Assembly: GCA_016839515.1 (NCBI GenBank)
Contig: JAEOUE010000207.1
Coordinates: 1 to 64,000 of the forward strand
Direction of reading: 5' to 3'
Length of the DNA stretch: 64,000 bases
Origin: Candidatus Hodarchaeum mangrovi
Lineage (GTDB): Archaea > Asgardarchaeota > Heimdallarchaeia > Hodarchaeales > Hodarchaeaceae
The notes beneath the pieces were generated by a model, which saw only the letters and a list, made by a program, of their open reading frames with translations, had not been told where the DNA came from and did not search any database. Positions within the stretch are counted from its first letter, which is position 1. The number at the start of each line of letters is the position of its first letter. The translations under genes were made by a program, and so were the position numbers. This document shows positions 53,446-62,860 of this stretch, piece after piece.

Positions 53446-54975
53446 ATGGCAGATCTCGAAAGAATGAATCTAGTGGTCACAGGACATGTTGATCATGGTA
53501 AGTCAACTGGCCTTGGCCATATGTTGTTCTTACTCGGTCAGATTCACGATCCTAAAAAGAAACGACAACCTTGGCGAATTGCCAATAGATATTTTAACGA
53601 AAGTAAAGCCCAAGGAATGGGAAGTTGGTCCTACGCATGGATTCTTGATCCCCTTATGGATGAAAGAGAAAGGGGTCTCACAATTAACATTTCCTTCCAA
53701 GAATTTAAGACCAATAAATATATTTATAATCTCATTGATGCACCAGGGCACAGTGACTTTATTAAAAACATGATTACTGGAGCCTCACAGGCAGATGCTG
53801 CAATTCTTGTTGTTTCAGCAAGAAAAGGAGAATTTGAAGATGGAACGAAGGTTGCTGGAACAGCTTCAGGAAAATATGCTAATGTTATTGGAATGACTAC
53901 CGAACATATGCTATTACTAACCTCTCTTGGAGTTACCAATATCGTTGTGGCAATCAACAAGATGGACGTTGTGGATTGGGATCAGAAGAGATATGAACAA
54001 ATTAAAACTCAAATCCATGCTGTTTTTACACAATTAATGACCGCCCTCCAAATTGAAGGCAAAGAAAGTCGTTTAGAAGCAATAAAATATGTTCCAACAA
54101 GTGGTTTAATAGGAGTCAATCTTCTATCTAAAGAAACAACACTTAAAAACCTAGAAGGACATATCGCAGCAGCTAAATCTGGTGGTGGAGACGCAGAATT
54201 TATTGAATCTCTTGAAAAGGAAGCTGAGGATATTAAAGCTGGATTTGATGGATTATCTTGGTATAAAGGCCCATCTTTGATGGATGCGTTAGATTTACTT
54301 GAGTCTCCAGCTGTTAGGAAGGAAACACTGTCAAAACAACCATTACGTATTCCTATTCAACAAACATTGAACATAGGTGGAGTAGGTACAGTTTTAACAG
54401 GTCGTGTATCAAGTGGTATTTTAAAACCAAATACAGAAATGGTCATTGCACCAACTAAGCAAAGTATAGAGCCCCTGCAAATCTCTGTTAAAACACTCCA
54501 AGAATTTCATAAAGAAATCCCACAAGCATTACCTGGAGACAACATTGGCTTTAATATTAAAACTAAAAATATTGCTGCAAAAGATATTATCCGCGGTGCA
54601 GTTGTAAGCGAACCAAATAATCCCGCAAAAGCACTTCGACCTAATGTAGACGCATTTCTCTCTTTAGTGCTAGTAGTAAGAGGTTTAGGTAAGAAAGGAA
54701 AGAAGAAGGATGAGGTTTGGGGTATTCATGAGAATTACTCACCAGTAGTTCATTGTGGAACAGCTCAAGTCGCATGTAGAGTAACACAGGTTCAAGAAAA
54801 AGATATGTTAAAACAGGGTGATAGAGGCATGATTTGGATGACTCCTCTTAATCCTATGGTTGTTGAACCTTTATCTCAGTCTCCAGCCTTAGGCCGTTTT
54901 GCATTGAGGGATTCAGGAAAAACCGTTGCAGTCGGGGTAGTTCAGAAAATAGAATTCGGGAAATATGCATCTTAG
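53446..54975 (+). CDS. tuf: Elongation factor 1-alpha with insertions
   Basis: GHVDHGKST, ERERGLTI, DAPGHSDFIKNMITGASQAD, NKMD, PGDNIGFN, LGRFALRD. Confidence 0.85.
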   Translation: MADLERMNLVVTGHVDHGKSTGLGHMLFLLGQIHDPKKKRQPWRIANRYFNESKAQGMGSWSYAWILDPLMDERERGLTINISFQEFKTNKYIYNLIDAPGHSDFIKNMITGASQADAAILVVSARKGEFEDGTKVAGTASGKYANVIGMTTEHMLLLTSLGVTNIVVAINKMDVVDWDQKRYEQIKTQIHAVFTQLMTALQIEGKESRLEAIKYVPTSGLIGVNLLSKETTLKNLEGHIAAAKSGGGDAEFIESLEKEAEDIKAGFDGLSWYKGPSLMDALDLLESPAVRKETLSKQPLRIPIQQTLNIGGVGTVLTGRVSSGILKPNTEMVIAPTKQSIEPLQISVKTLQEFHKEIPQALPGDNIGFNIKTKNIAAKDIIRGAVVSEPNNPAKALRPNVDAFLSLVLVVRGLGKKGKKKDEVWGIHENYSPVVHCGTAQVACRVTQVQEKDMLKQGDRGMIWMTPLNPMVVEPLSQSPALGRFALRDSGKTVAVGVVQKIEFGKYAS

Positions 54976-55019
54976 ATTGCTTATTCCCACTTTTCTCTCT
55001 TTTTTCTTATTAATTTATA

Positions 55020-56378
55020 GTGCAATTTTTCTGGTGTCTTCTAGTAATGATAGGTGATAAACCAACTATTTCTTTAATTTGGATAGGTCATGTAGATCAT
55101 GGTAAATCTACTACTTTAGGCCATTTATTGGCACAGATAGGGGTGATTGATCCCCGAACCATCGAAAAACTAAAGGAAGAAGCTATTCAGAATCAGATGG
55201 AATCATGGCAATGGGCTTATGTATTAGACTCACTACCTGAAGAAAAAAAGAGAGGAATTACATCAGATATAGCTTTTTATCCCTTTAAAACGCAAGAAAG
55301 AAATTTTATGCTTATTGATGCACCAGGACACAGAGATTTTGTTAGAAATATGATTAGGGGGGCTGCTCAGGCTGATGCATGTGTTCTTGTCTTAAGTGCT
55401 GTTCCAAATGATTTGAAATCTGGTTTAAAAAAAGGAAAAATAAATGATCCTGGAGGACAAACAAGAGAACATGCAATTTTAGCATCGGTATTAGGTATTG
55501 GGCAGATTATTATAGCAATTAATAAAATGGATCTTGTTAATTATCAGGAAGAAGCATTTAAATTAGCTGTTAAGAGTATTAAGGAATTATTTAGTGAAAT
55601 TCAATCCCCTTGGATGAAGAATTTCGATTCAATACCAATTGTTCCTATTAGTGGTTATTTTGGGGAAAATTTAATAGAAAGCTCAGATAAAATGCCATGG
55701 TACTCAGGACTTACATTGATTGGAGCTTTGAATAGCCTTGAGGGAATGATTCCTAAGCGTGAAGGAATTTCTAGGTTCATAACTTATGATGTTGACGAAC
55801 GTCATGGATTCGGGACTTTCTTAATAGGAAAAACTTTGGGAGCATCTTTTAAGATTGGTGATACTATAACTATTCTTCCTCAGGGAATTAACGATGAAAT
55901 CAAAGATATCTGGGTTCAAGACGAGAAAAGAGAAGAAATAAAACCAGGAGAACATGGATCTATTCTTTTAAAGAGTTTTGATAAGGATGCGCTTGAAGAA
56001 GGCCTTGTATTGGCAACTCAGATGAAAAGTTATCTAAATCCATCAAGTATAAGAGCCCGTTTACTTTTACTCGAAGGAACATTGATACCTGGTAGCTCAG
56101 TGGTTTGTCATTGTGGTGCATCGTATAGTACAGGTCAAATCTCTAAAATCAACCAAATTCTTAAAAGTAATCCAATACATAAAAACCTTCCAAGAGAATT
56201 TGAAGGAAGAATAACAATCGCATTTCCTAATGAGTTGGTACAAGTTGAAATAAAATTAGATACACCAATCGTTATCGAGAAATTCAATGAATTTCCAGAA
56301 CTCGGACGACTTATTTTACGCCATTCTGGACAAACAATCGCTGTTGGTATTGTCCACGATTTAATGTACGAAAAATAG
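55020..56378 (+). CDS. Second EF-1alpha-family GTPase (Hbs1/eRF3-like paralog)
   Basis: GHVDHGKSTT, EKKRGIT, DAPGHRDFVRNMIRGAAQAD, NKMD, LGRLILR; domain II is divergent. Confidence 0.85.
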   Translation: MQFFWCLLVMIGDKPTISLIWIGHVDHGKSTTLGHLLAQIGVIDPRTIEKLKEEAIQNQMESWQWAYVLDSLPEEKKRGITSDIAFYPFKTQERNFMLIDAPGHRDFVRNMIRGAAQADACVLVLSAVPNDLKSGLKKGKINDPGGQTREHAILASVLGIGQIIIAINKMDLVNYQEEAFKLAVKSIKELFSEIQSPWMKNFDSIPIVPISGYFGENLIESSDKMPWYSGLTLIGALNSLEGMIPKREGISRFITYDVDERHGFGTFLIGKTLGASFKIGDTITILPQGINDEIKDIWVQDEKREEIKPGEHGSILLKSFDKDALEEGLVLATQMKSYLNPSSIRARLLLLEGTLIPGSSVVCHCGASYSTGQISKINQILKSNPIHKNLPREFEGRITIAFPNELVQVEIKLDTPIVIEKFNEFPELGRLILRHSGQTIAVGIVHDLMYEK

Positions 56379-56414
56379 GAAATAAAATTCATAATAAAAC
56401 TTATTTAGGATGAT

Positions 56415-56990
56415 TTAGCGAGCACTTAATGCAACACGTTCAATATCTTGCTTTCGTTTAATAGCATTTGAATTTAGGTTATTTGTTGACGCCATAATAA
56501 GCTGATCTGCTAAAATCTCTTCAAATGGCCTAATATTATTAAATGATGTTTTTCGTACAGCATCTGCAATTAGCCTGAGAGCAACATCAACTCTTCTTTG
56601 TGGAGCACTATCAACTGCAGTATGATAAACAATTCCACCATATGATATTCTAGTAGTTTCTTCTCTTGGAGCACAATTCACAATTGCATCTACTAATACT
56701 TGAACAGGATTAGTACTAGTTTTTAATTCAATTAGATGAAAAGCAATTTTAACTGCATTGAGGGCAACGAGCTTCTTTCCAGTATTTCTACCTGGACTCA
56801 TTAATTTATTTGCTAGACGTTCTACAATATGGACATAAGACTTGTGAAACCTTTTATGCTCATGTCGGCCTGCACTATGAGGCACGAGTCTATCTGTTAA
56901 GTTTATATAACGAGCGAGACTAATATCTTTAACCTCTACTTCTCCACAGTTCCAAAGATCAAAAATTTTCATATTTTCAGAAGAACTCAT
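56415..56990 (-). CDS. rps7: 30S ribosomal protein S7 (uS7)
   Basis: NPVQVLVDAIVNCAPREETTRI..ERVALSAR. Confidence 0.97.
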   Translation of the reverse strand: MSSSENMKIFDLWNCGEVEVKDISLARYINLTDRLVPHSAGRHEHKRFHKSYVHIVERLANKLMSPGRNTGKKLVALNAVKIAFHLIELKTSTNPVQVLVDAIVNCAPREETTRISYGGIVYHTAVDSAPQRRVDVALRLIADAVRKTSFNNIRPFEEILADQLIMASTNNLNSNAIKRKQDIERVALSAR

Positions 56991-57011
56991 TCACTTCTAA
57001 CCTCTTCTAAT

Positions 57012-57335
57012 TTAGGAACGTAATTCAATTTCTACAAAAATTAAGCGGGAAACATTTAATCGAATGATTTGTCTCATGGTTCTATCATCAGCATCTATGT
57101 CAATCAAGCGTTTATGAATACGAAGTTCATAATCTTCCCATGTAGCTGTACCCTGTCCGCTAGGGGATTTTCGTACAGGCAATCGTAATTTTTTTGTTGG
57201 TAATGGAATAGGCCCTCTCATCTTAACTCCTGATTTTTCTGAAATTCTCTTCATTTCATCACAGATTCCATCAAGTTGCCCTACATCCGTACTCATTAAA
57301 CGAATCCTTGCTACGGAAACCAAATCATAATTCAC
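57012..57335 (-). CDS. rps10: 30S ribosomal protein S10 (uS10)
   Basis: GPIPLPTKKL..RKSP..RIHKRLID. Confidence 0.97.
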   Translation of the reverse strand: MNYDLVSVARIRLMSTDVGQLDGICDEMKRISEKSGVKMRGPIPLPTKKLRLPVRKSPSGQGTATWEDYELRIHKRLIDIDADDRTMRQIIRLNVSRLIFVEIELRS

Positions 57336-57546
57336 CTAAAGAATTTTGCTTTATCTCTTTCAAGAGTGCTCGATTAGGGGGATTGATATGAGGTTATAAG
57401 CATTATTGGCTTTTAACATAGTAATTGAAGTTAGATGAATTTAGATCTTCTTCTAAATCCACATATGTATTATAATTATTAATGAAGAATTCTAAGATGA
57501 TCCTGTAAATATTACATTAATAAAGCCATTGAAAAACCAATATTAA

Positions 57547-57721
57547 CGCCGGGGGAGGGATTTGAACCCTCGAGTACAGGAGTACACTGGCTTTCTATCT
57601 ATAGCTTGAACAATCTATAGACTCAAGGCCAGCGCCGTTCTACAGGGTAATTAAAACCTTAACCCGTCCGCTTGGCTTTCAGTTCAATTTCTTTGTAGAG
57701 GTAGAAATATGATACCCCGGC
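57547..57721 (-). tRNA. tRNA-Ser(TGA) with three apparent introns
   Basis: Acceptor GCCGGGG/CCCCGGC-G, CTGGC-CT TGA G..A-GCCAG, long variable arm; removing ~57677-57712, ~57640-57665 and 57593-57621 leaves an 84-nt cloverleaf. Confidence 0.85.
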
Positions 57722-57751
57722 AGAGCGGATGGTTTTGGGTTTATTAGTAAA

Positions 57752-58204
57752 TTAAGTAGTTTTAAAATCGTACATCACAATCGTACCACCAGAGGCAACA
57801 ATAGTAAGGATAATACCAAGGAATAATAAAGTTAATGACGTTCTTATATCATATGCAAATCTTGTAGAGTAATGAATCAGATACAATCCTCCTGTTCCAA
57901 TTCCAAAGAATAAAGCAGCTATTAAAGATTCAACGAGAAATTGCTCACTAGAAGATCGAAAAATGGGAACTAATGCATTCGCTGTTTGACCCATAGGAAG
58001 AGGATTCTCGGCAAGATCATAAATCCCACCAGCTAGTATGAATACCACCGCAAACAAAGTAATGGCTAATAGATATTTATGAGGAGCTTCATATGGTAAC
58101 TCAATTTCAGGGATACGAAAATCAATATTAGGTCTCTTAAAACCTGGAAGCCATGGGATACCTTGAGCTTTTTCGGTTTCTTTATCATTTTGTTTTTTTG
58201 ACAC
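57752..58204 (-). CDS. OSTC/DC2 (OST3/OST6 family)-like oligosaccharyltransferase subunit
   Basis: AGGIYDLAENP..QFLVESLIAALFFGIGTGGL resembles eukaryotic OSTC GGIIYDVIVEPP..QYIMEGL; 3 TM. Confidence 0.75.
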   Translation of the reverse strand: MSKKQNDKETEKAQGIPWLPGFKRPNIDFRIPEIELPYEAPHKYLLAITLFAVVFILAGGIYDLAENPLPMGQTANALVPIFRSSSEQFLVESLIAALFFGIGTGGLYLIHYSTRFAYDIRTSLTLLFLGIILTIVASGGTIVMYDFKTT

Positions 58205-58445
58205 TTTTTTTCCCTTTTTCTCGTCTTAATAAGAGTTTTTATCTTCAGATTATTGCTTTATTTATTTAAATTATTCTGAAATAGCTTGTAATCTCTGGAA
58301 TTACTATTAAGCTTGTGATTGACATCTTAGAGTCTGGCTTTTATTGTAATTATACGATATTAGACGCTCTGAATTAAACTTAATTTCCTTTCGACTAGTA
58401 ATTTATTTTTACTAAAAGTGAAATATTATTTGAAAATCGCTATTT

Positions 58446-59498
58446 CTAGGTTTTCTCACTTTTAATTAATTTAAAAAATTCCTCTGGAGGCATACTTTCT
58501 AAATCAGATATATGTAGAATCTTAAATGAGAGATCTTCAATACAAGTGCTATTAGAAATATTTTCATCCTCAGTAAACCAGAATGCCTTTTTTTTCAAAA
58601 ATCTTGATAAACTCTCTATAGTTTGAATACGATTTGAATTTATAGATTCATCAGGAGTAGCAACCCCAGTTAGAATAGGAAAAGAATTTTTTTTCCTGAT
58701 GTTTAGGTTTCCTTCTATGTTTGGTTCTGATAAACCATCAAAAGGCTCCGATTTGAACCAAAGTACACTAAATTCTTTTTCAGCAAGATAATCTGCGACC
58801 TCTTTTTGTAATTTTGATCGTGGTAATTTAAAATTATTTAACGTTTCTTGTGTTATGTTTTCTGTCTTAACTTCGAAAATCTCGATAGGAACATCAAGAT
58901 CCTCTCCTAAAATTTCAGAGAGTAATATAAAGCTTTCAATTTTAGGGAAACTCTCACCTTTCTCATAACGATATAAAGCATGACGAGAAATTCCAGTGAG
59001 GTTGGAAATAATGCTCATCTCTAGCTTTAACCTTTCACGACGCTCTTTAAAAAGATCATGTGATAAATTTACAAATATTCCTCCGCGATGGGCAAATTTT
59101 GAAATTTTCAGAAACTTTGAGCCTCTCTCTGAATGTAAAAGTTTACGTAAGGTTTCTAACGATATAGCAGAGATATTATGACGTCGATAAAGGGTGAGAT
59201 CCGAAATCTCTTTTCCAGATGAATACAGACCAATTAATAAAGGAACACCTGAGATTAACTTCGAGATTAATAATAATTGGATGGAAACGTGTTTTTTAAA
59301 AAAATCGAAATCAATGATATTTTTAGTAATTATTTTATTTGGTGTTTGAGATACATCTAAATTCGAATCTTCAACTGCAATATAATCAAATGCTTGGGAT
59401 TTACCACTATCCTCCCATAAAGAGTACCCCGCCTTTAAAAACTCCACTTTGGAAAGATCAATCAATAAATTTTTAGTAACAGGTTCCTGTAAAGCCAT
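58446..59498 (-). CDS. Archaeal HTH (Cro/C1) transcriptional regulator, COG1395-like
   Basis: HRGGIFVNL..RRERLKL..GISRHALYRYEKG. Confidence 0.8.
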   Translation of the reverse strand: MALQEPVTKNLLIDLSKVEFLKAGYSLWEDSGKSQAFDYIAVEDSNLDVSQTPNKIITKNIIDFDFFKKHVSIQLLLISKLISGVPLLIGLYSSGKEISDLTLYRRHNISAISLETLRKLLHSERGSKFLKISKFAHRGGIFVNLSHDLFKERRERLKLEMSIISNLTGISRHALYRYEKGESFPKIESFILLSEILGEDLDVPIEIFEVKTENITQETLNNFKLPRSKLQKEVADYLAEKEFSVLWFKSEPFDGLSEPNIEGNLNIRKKNSFPILTGVATPDESINSNRIQTIESLSRFLKKKAFWFTEDENISNSTCIEDLSFKILHISDLESMPPEEFFKLIKSEKT

Positions 59499-59538
59499 AG
59501 CAATTCCAAGATTCTAATATTCAATTTTGTATATAAGA

Positions 59539-59632
59539 TGGACCGACCGGGATTTGAACCCGGGGTATACGGTCACTATGGGGTGAACTCCGCCTTGCGA
59601 AGGTGGCGTGATACCAACTTCACCATCGGCCC
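59539..59632 (-). tRNA. tRNA-Ala(CGC) with ~21-nt intron in variable region
   Basis: GGGCCGA/TCGGTCC-A, CCACC-TT CGC AA-GGCGG, extra TTCACCCCATAGTGACCGTA-type insertion before the T arm. Confidence 0.85.
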
Positions 59633-59909
59633 TGATTTGCGATTAAATATCTGCATTATCATGTTTAGATTAAGTTATACTAGGAAAGAATATTGGAGTT
59701 CATCTATTCTTACAATCTATTTTAGGTACTAAAATTTTTTTCCATTCTCCACCATTCGAATTTACACACCCAAAATCATTAATCAATTTAAAAAGATAGT
59801 GTAGAGACAAAAATATTGGATAAACAACTCTACATTTGATATTAAAGTTGCGAATGAATCCTAATACTTAAAAAAATAAAAAATGTGAGAAAAAAGAAAA
59901 TTGATTTGG

Positions 59910-60209
59910 TTACCCAAATAGAGAGGATAATCCTAAATCATCGCCCTCTTCTTCTTTTTCTTCTTCTACTGCACCTTTGTCCTCTTTTTTAGTCTCTGTT
60001 GTAGAAGATACTGTCGGAGCGGCTGCAGACATGAGAGAAGCTCCTTTAATAGCTTCTTCAATGTTTATTCCACTTAGAGTAGCAACAAGAGCTTTTATCT
60101 TAGAATCATCCGGTTTAGCGCCGGCAGCTTTAAGAATAGCTTCAATTCCTTTTTCTGTTATTTCTTTGCCAGATGAATGTAAAACCAATGCAGCATGTAA
60201 ATATTCCAA
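59910..60209 (-). CDS. rpl12: 50S ribosomal stalk protein P1/L12
   Basis: MEYLHAALVLH..acidic tail..GLSSLFG. Confidence 0.96.
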   Translation of the reverse strand: MEYLHAALVLHSSGKEITEKGIEAILKAAGAKPDDSKIKALVATLSGINIEEAIKGASLMSAAAPTVSSTTETKKEDKGAVEEEKEEEGDDLGLSSLFG

Positions 60210-60584
60210 TTAAAGTCACTTCCAGATTTATTATCAAACAGTTCTTTGTATTTAATGATGTTAATTTTATTCTACTAACACTAAAGGGTTTTGTGTAGTA
60301 TTTGAATGCATAAATTGTTACTAAGAACCATTTATTTTCTGTTTCTGGCATTTTCGATACGATATTTATCTGTTTAACTCCCCTTTGAGAAAAGTAATAA
60401 TCCAGAAATTGGATATATGAAATAAATAAAAACTATTGCTGGGTTAAAAATAAAAAGTATAGATATTAAAAGGTTTTTTAGTAAAATAAAAAACATCTGT
60501 TTAAGGAAAATATCAAATTTTATAATATAGATATTTTTTTGATGTAATAATTAATGATTTCGAAGAAATAATATAAAAATTGAG

Positions 60585-60815
60585 TGGGCACGGTCGGAAT
60601 TTCATTAAGGAAAGGAATTTTTTCTCAATTTTGAACCGACGATTTTCGGACACCCTGCAACGTGCAGAGGTGACACCGAGTTTCCTCATTTTTCCAGAAC
60701 TTCATCATGAGTCTCAGTAAACCCAGTGTAGTTCATTGGGGGGTTCTGGAGCCCGGCGCGATACTTATCCGGTCTCGCTAACATAACGCGAGGCCCCTAG
60801 CTTCGCTACGTGCCC
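60585..60815 (-). tRNA. tRNA-Trp(CCA) with four apparent introns
   Basis: Acceptor GGGCACG/CGTGCCC-A; D stem GCGA/TCGC; CCGGG-CT CCA G..A-CTCGG; T stem GTCGG/CCGAC; insertions at ~60764-60795, 60682-60745, ~60644-60673 and ~60599-60629. Confidence 0.85.
60682..60745 (-). ncRNA. Box C/D guide RNA inside tRNA-Trp 37/38 intron
   Basis: CTGA (D'), ATGATGA (C'), terminal ATGA (D-like); guide GTTCTGGA pairs with TCCAGAAC and guide CACTGGGTTT pairs with AAACTCGGTG of the pre-tRNA. Confidence 0.75.
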
Positions 60816-60869
60816 ACTACGCGTGGGAAACATGTACATTCCCGATATAATTAAATTCAATACATCTTA

Positions 60870-61601
60870 TTAAAAATTTTCGTTGAAATCACGCCAAGTA
60901 ATGTTTTGAAAATTCAGGGGAAAATAAGTTGGATAAATATCCTTTTTAAAACCTTGATGATACCAATGAGTAAAATCAAAGGTTATTTTTCCAGTAAGTA
61001 GAATGATAGAGTCATGTGTTAAAATAATGTCATTTTCTATTTGTTTTAATTGCTTATCAACTGATTTTAAACATATAGCTGAGCCAGAAACTCCTAATTG
61101 CTGCAATTTTGATTCAATTAAGTATTTATGGATACGACTATGACTTTTCTGAGCATCAAGATAAAAAATTACCTGTTTTGGTTCCAATTTTTTTAGCCCC
61201 TCAATATAAACTTGAATTAAGTTTTCATCGATTGCAAATTTCTCTTTAGGATGAATTGATGAAAAAATATCTCTATATAACCCATCACGACTTATGATAA
61301 GGGGCTCATTCATAATTAATGAAAAAAAAGTGACAAGTTGATTATAAGCGTCAATATATAATATTTTATTCATAAGTTGAACAGTGGATTTAAGAACTAA
61401 ACTATTAATTCTTATAGCTTCATTTTCTGAAAATGCAGATCGGTTTAAGATATTTCTTAAATTACTTTTTAAACTGTAACGATTTGCTACAAAATTAAGT
61501 GTGGTTCTTTTAGGATAACCTTGATCAAGAAGAAATATAATTTCACGATAAGCCTTAAAAAGGATAGAAGTCGATTCTAGAATATCTAGATAATCTTGCA
61601 T
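60870..61601 (-). CDS. DUF434 domain protein
   Basis: FLLDQGYP..LNFVANRYSL..IDAYNQL..RDGLYRD. Confidence 0.85.
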   Translation of the reverse strand: MQDYLDILESTSILFKAYREIIFLLDQGYPKRTTLNFVANRYSLKSNLRNILNRSAFSENEAIRINSLVLKSTVQLMNKILYIDAYNQLVTFFSLIMNEPLIISRDGLYRDIFSSIHPKEKFAIDENLIQVYIEGLKKLEPKQVIFYLDAQKSHSRIHKYLIESKLQQLGVSGSAICLKSVDKQLKQIENDIILTHDSIILLTGKITFDFTHWYHQGFKKDIYPTYFPLNFQNITWRDFNENF

Positions 61602-62191
61602 TAGGATCCCAATTTATACTCTTCATTTAAAAATGAAATTAGTTTACAAACAGCTAAATACCGGTGCGAGAGGCTATATTTTTTCTCTCCTAATTCACCA
61701 AATGTTTTCCCATCTCCTTTTGAAGGGATAAATACAGGGTCATAACCCCATCCTGATTCGGAAACTGATGCTGAAATAATACCATTTACCCTTCCTGTAA
61801 ACAAATATATCTTTTTATTAAAGTACAACGCGATAGAAGATTGAAAAAAGGCTTTCCGATTATCTTTCTCTTCTAGAAGTTTTAAAATTCCCCATAATCC
61901 AATTGTTTTTAGGACATAGGAGGAATAAGGCCCTGGAAACCCATTTAAGGTTTCAATAAAAAGACCTGAATCCTCAACAAAATAAGGGATGGTGAAATCC
62001 TTTTGAAAACAAGTTTTTAAAGAAAATTTTGCGATTTCTTCAAGACTATCAGATTGAATTTCACTCAAAATCATATTCAGAAATTTTAGTTGTATTTTAG
62101 ATTTCTGAAGAAAAACTTTGTAAATCTCTTTATATTTTTGCACATTGCTCGAAACAAATCCAATTTCAATACTATTTGGTAAATTCTCCAT
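61601..62191 (-). CDS. rdgB: Non-canonical purine NTP pyrophosphatase (HAM1/RdgB)
   Basis: EDSGLFIETLNGFPGPYS, GWGYDPVF, SHR. Confidence 0.95.
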   Translation of the reverse strand: MENLPNSIEIGFVSSNVQKYKEIYKVFLQKSKIQLKFLNMILSEIQSDSLEEIAKFSLKTCFQKDFTIPYFVEDSGLFIETLNGFPGPYSSYVLKTIGLWGILKLLEEKDNRKAFFQSSIALYFNKKIYLFTGRVNGIISASVSESGWGYDPVFIPSKGDGKTFGELGEKKYSLSHRYLAVCKLISFLNEEYKLGS

Positions 62192-62329
62192 AATGATTTC
62201 AACTTTTAAAATATGAAATAAGATTTATGAAGTAATTCAATTCTCCTTTAAATGACTGCTAATAACAGTTAAAAGAAGAATTAAACATCAAAGTAAATTT
62301 ATTTATATGTAGCCTCGGTGGAAGATTTA

Positions 62330-62788
62330 ATGGCCCGAATGCATGCAAGAAGAAAAGGAAAAAGCGGATCTACAAGACCAATATGGAGAAAAACTCCAGA
62401 ATGGGTTCCTTATTCTCCCGAAGAAATTGAAAAACTAGTTATCGATAAAGCGAGAGAAGGTTTAGGGTCAGCACAAATTGGATTGATCTTACGTGATGCT
62501 TATGCGATACCTAGCATAAAAAAGATTACAGGAAGGTCAGTTACGAAAATCATGAAGGAGAATGATCTAGGACCAAAAATGCCTGAAGATTTCCTAAATC
62601 TCGTACGTCAAGCATTAAACCTTAGAAATCATCTAGAAAGTGGGAATAAGAAAGATAAGCATTCTAGACGAGGACTACAGCTAGTTGAATCTAAAATTCG
62701 ACGATTAACAAGATATTATAAAAAGAAAGGGGTTTTTGATTCAGATTTTAAATATGAACCCTCAAACGCAACCCTATATCTACGTTAA
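62330..62788 (+). CDS. rps15: 30S ribosomal protein S15 (uS15)
   Basis: [26 protein letters not shown]. Confidence 0.97.
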   Translation: MARMHARRKGKSGSTRPIWRKTPEWVPYSPEEIEKLVIDKAREGLGSAQIGLILRDAYAIPSIKKITGRSVTKIMKENDLGPKMPEDFLNLVRQALNLRNHLESGNKKDKHSRRGLQLVESKIRRLTRYYKKKGVFDSDFKYEPSNATLYLR

Positions 62789-62860
62789 AAATCAAAAAAA
62801 TTTTCAAATATTCTTAATCAAAATAGGATCAAGCTTTAAAAATCCAACGAAGGTTATCTC

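Noticed and set aside
59538-59732. 64-aa ORF
   Set aside because: Antisense to tRNA-Ala(CGC).
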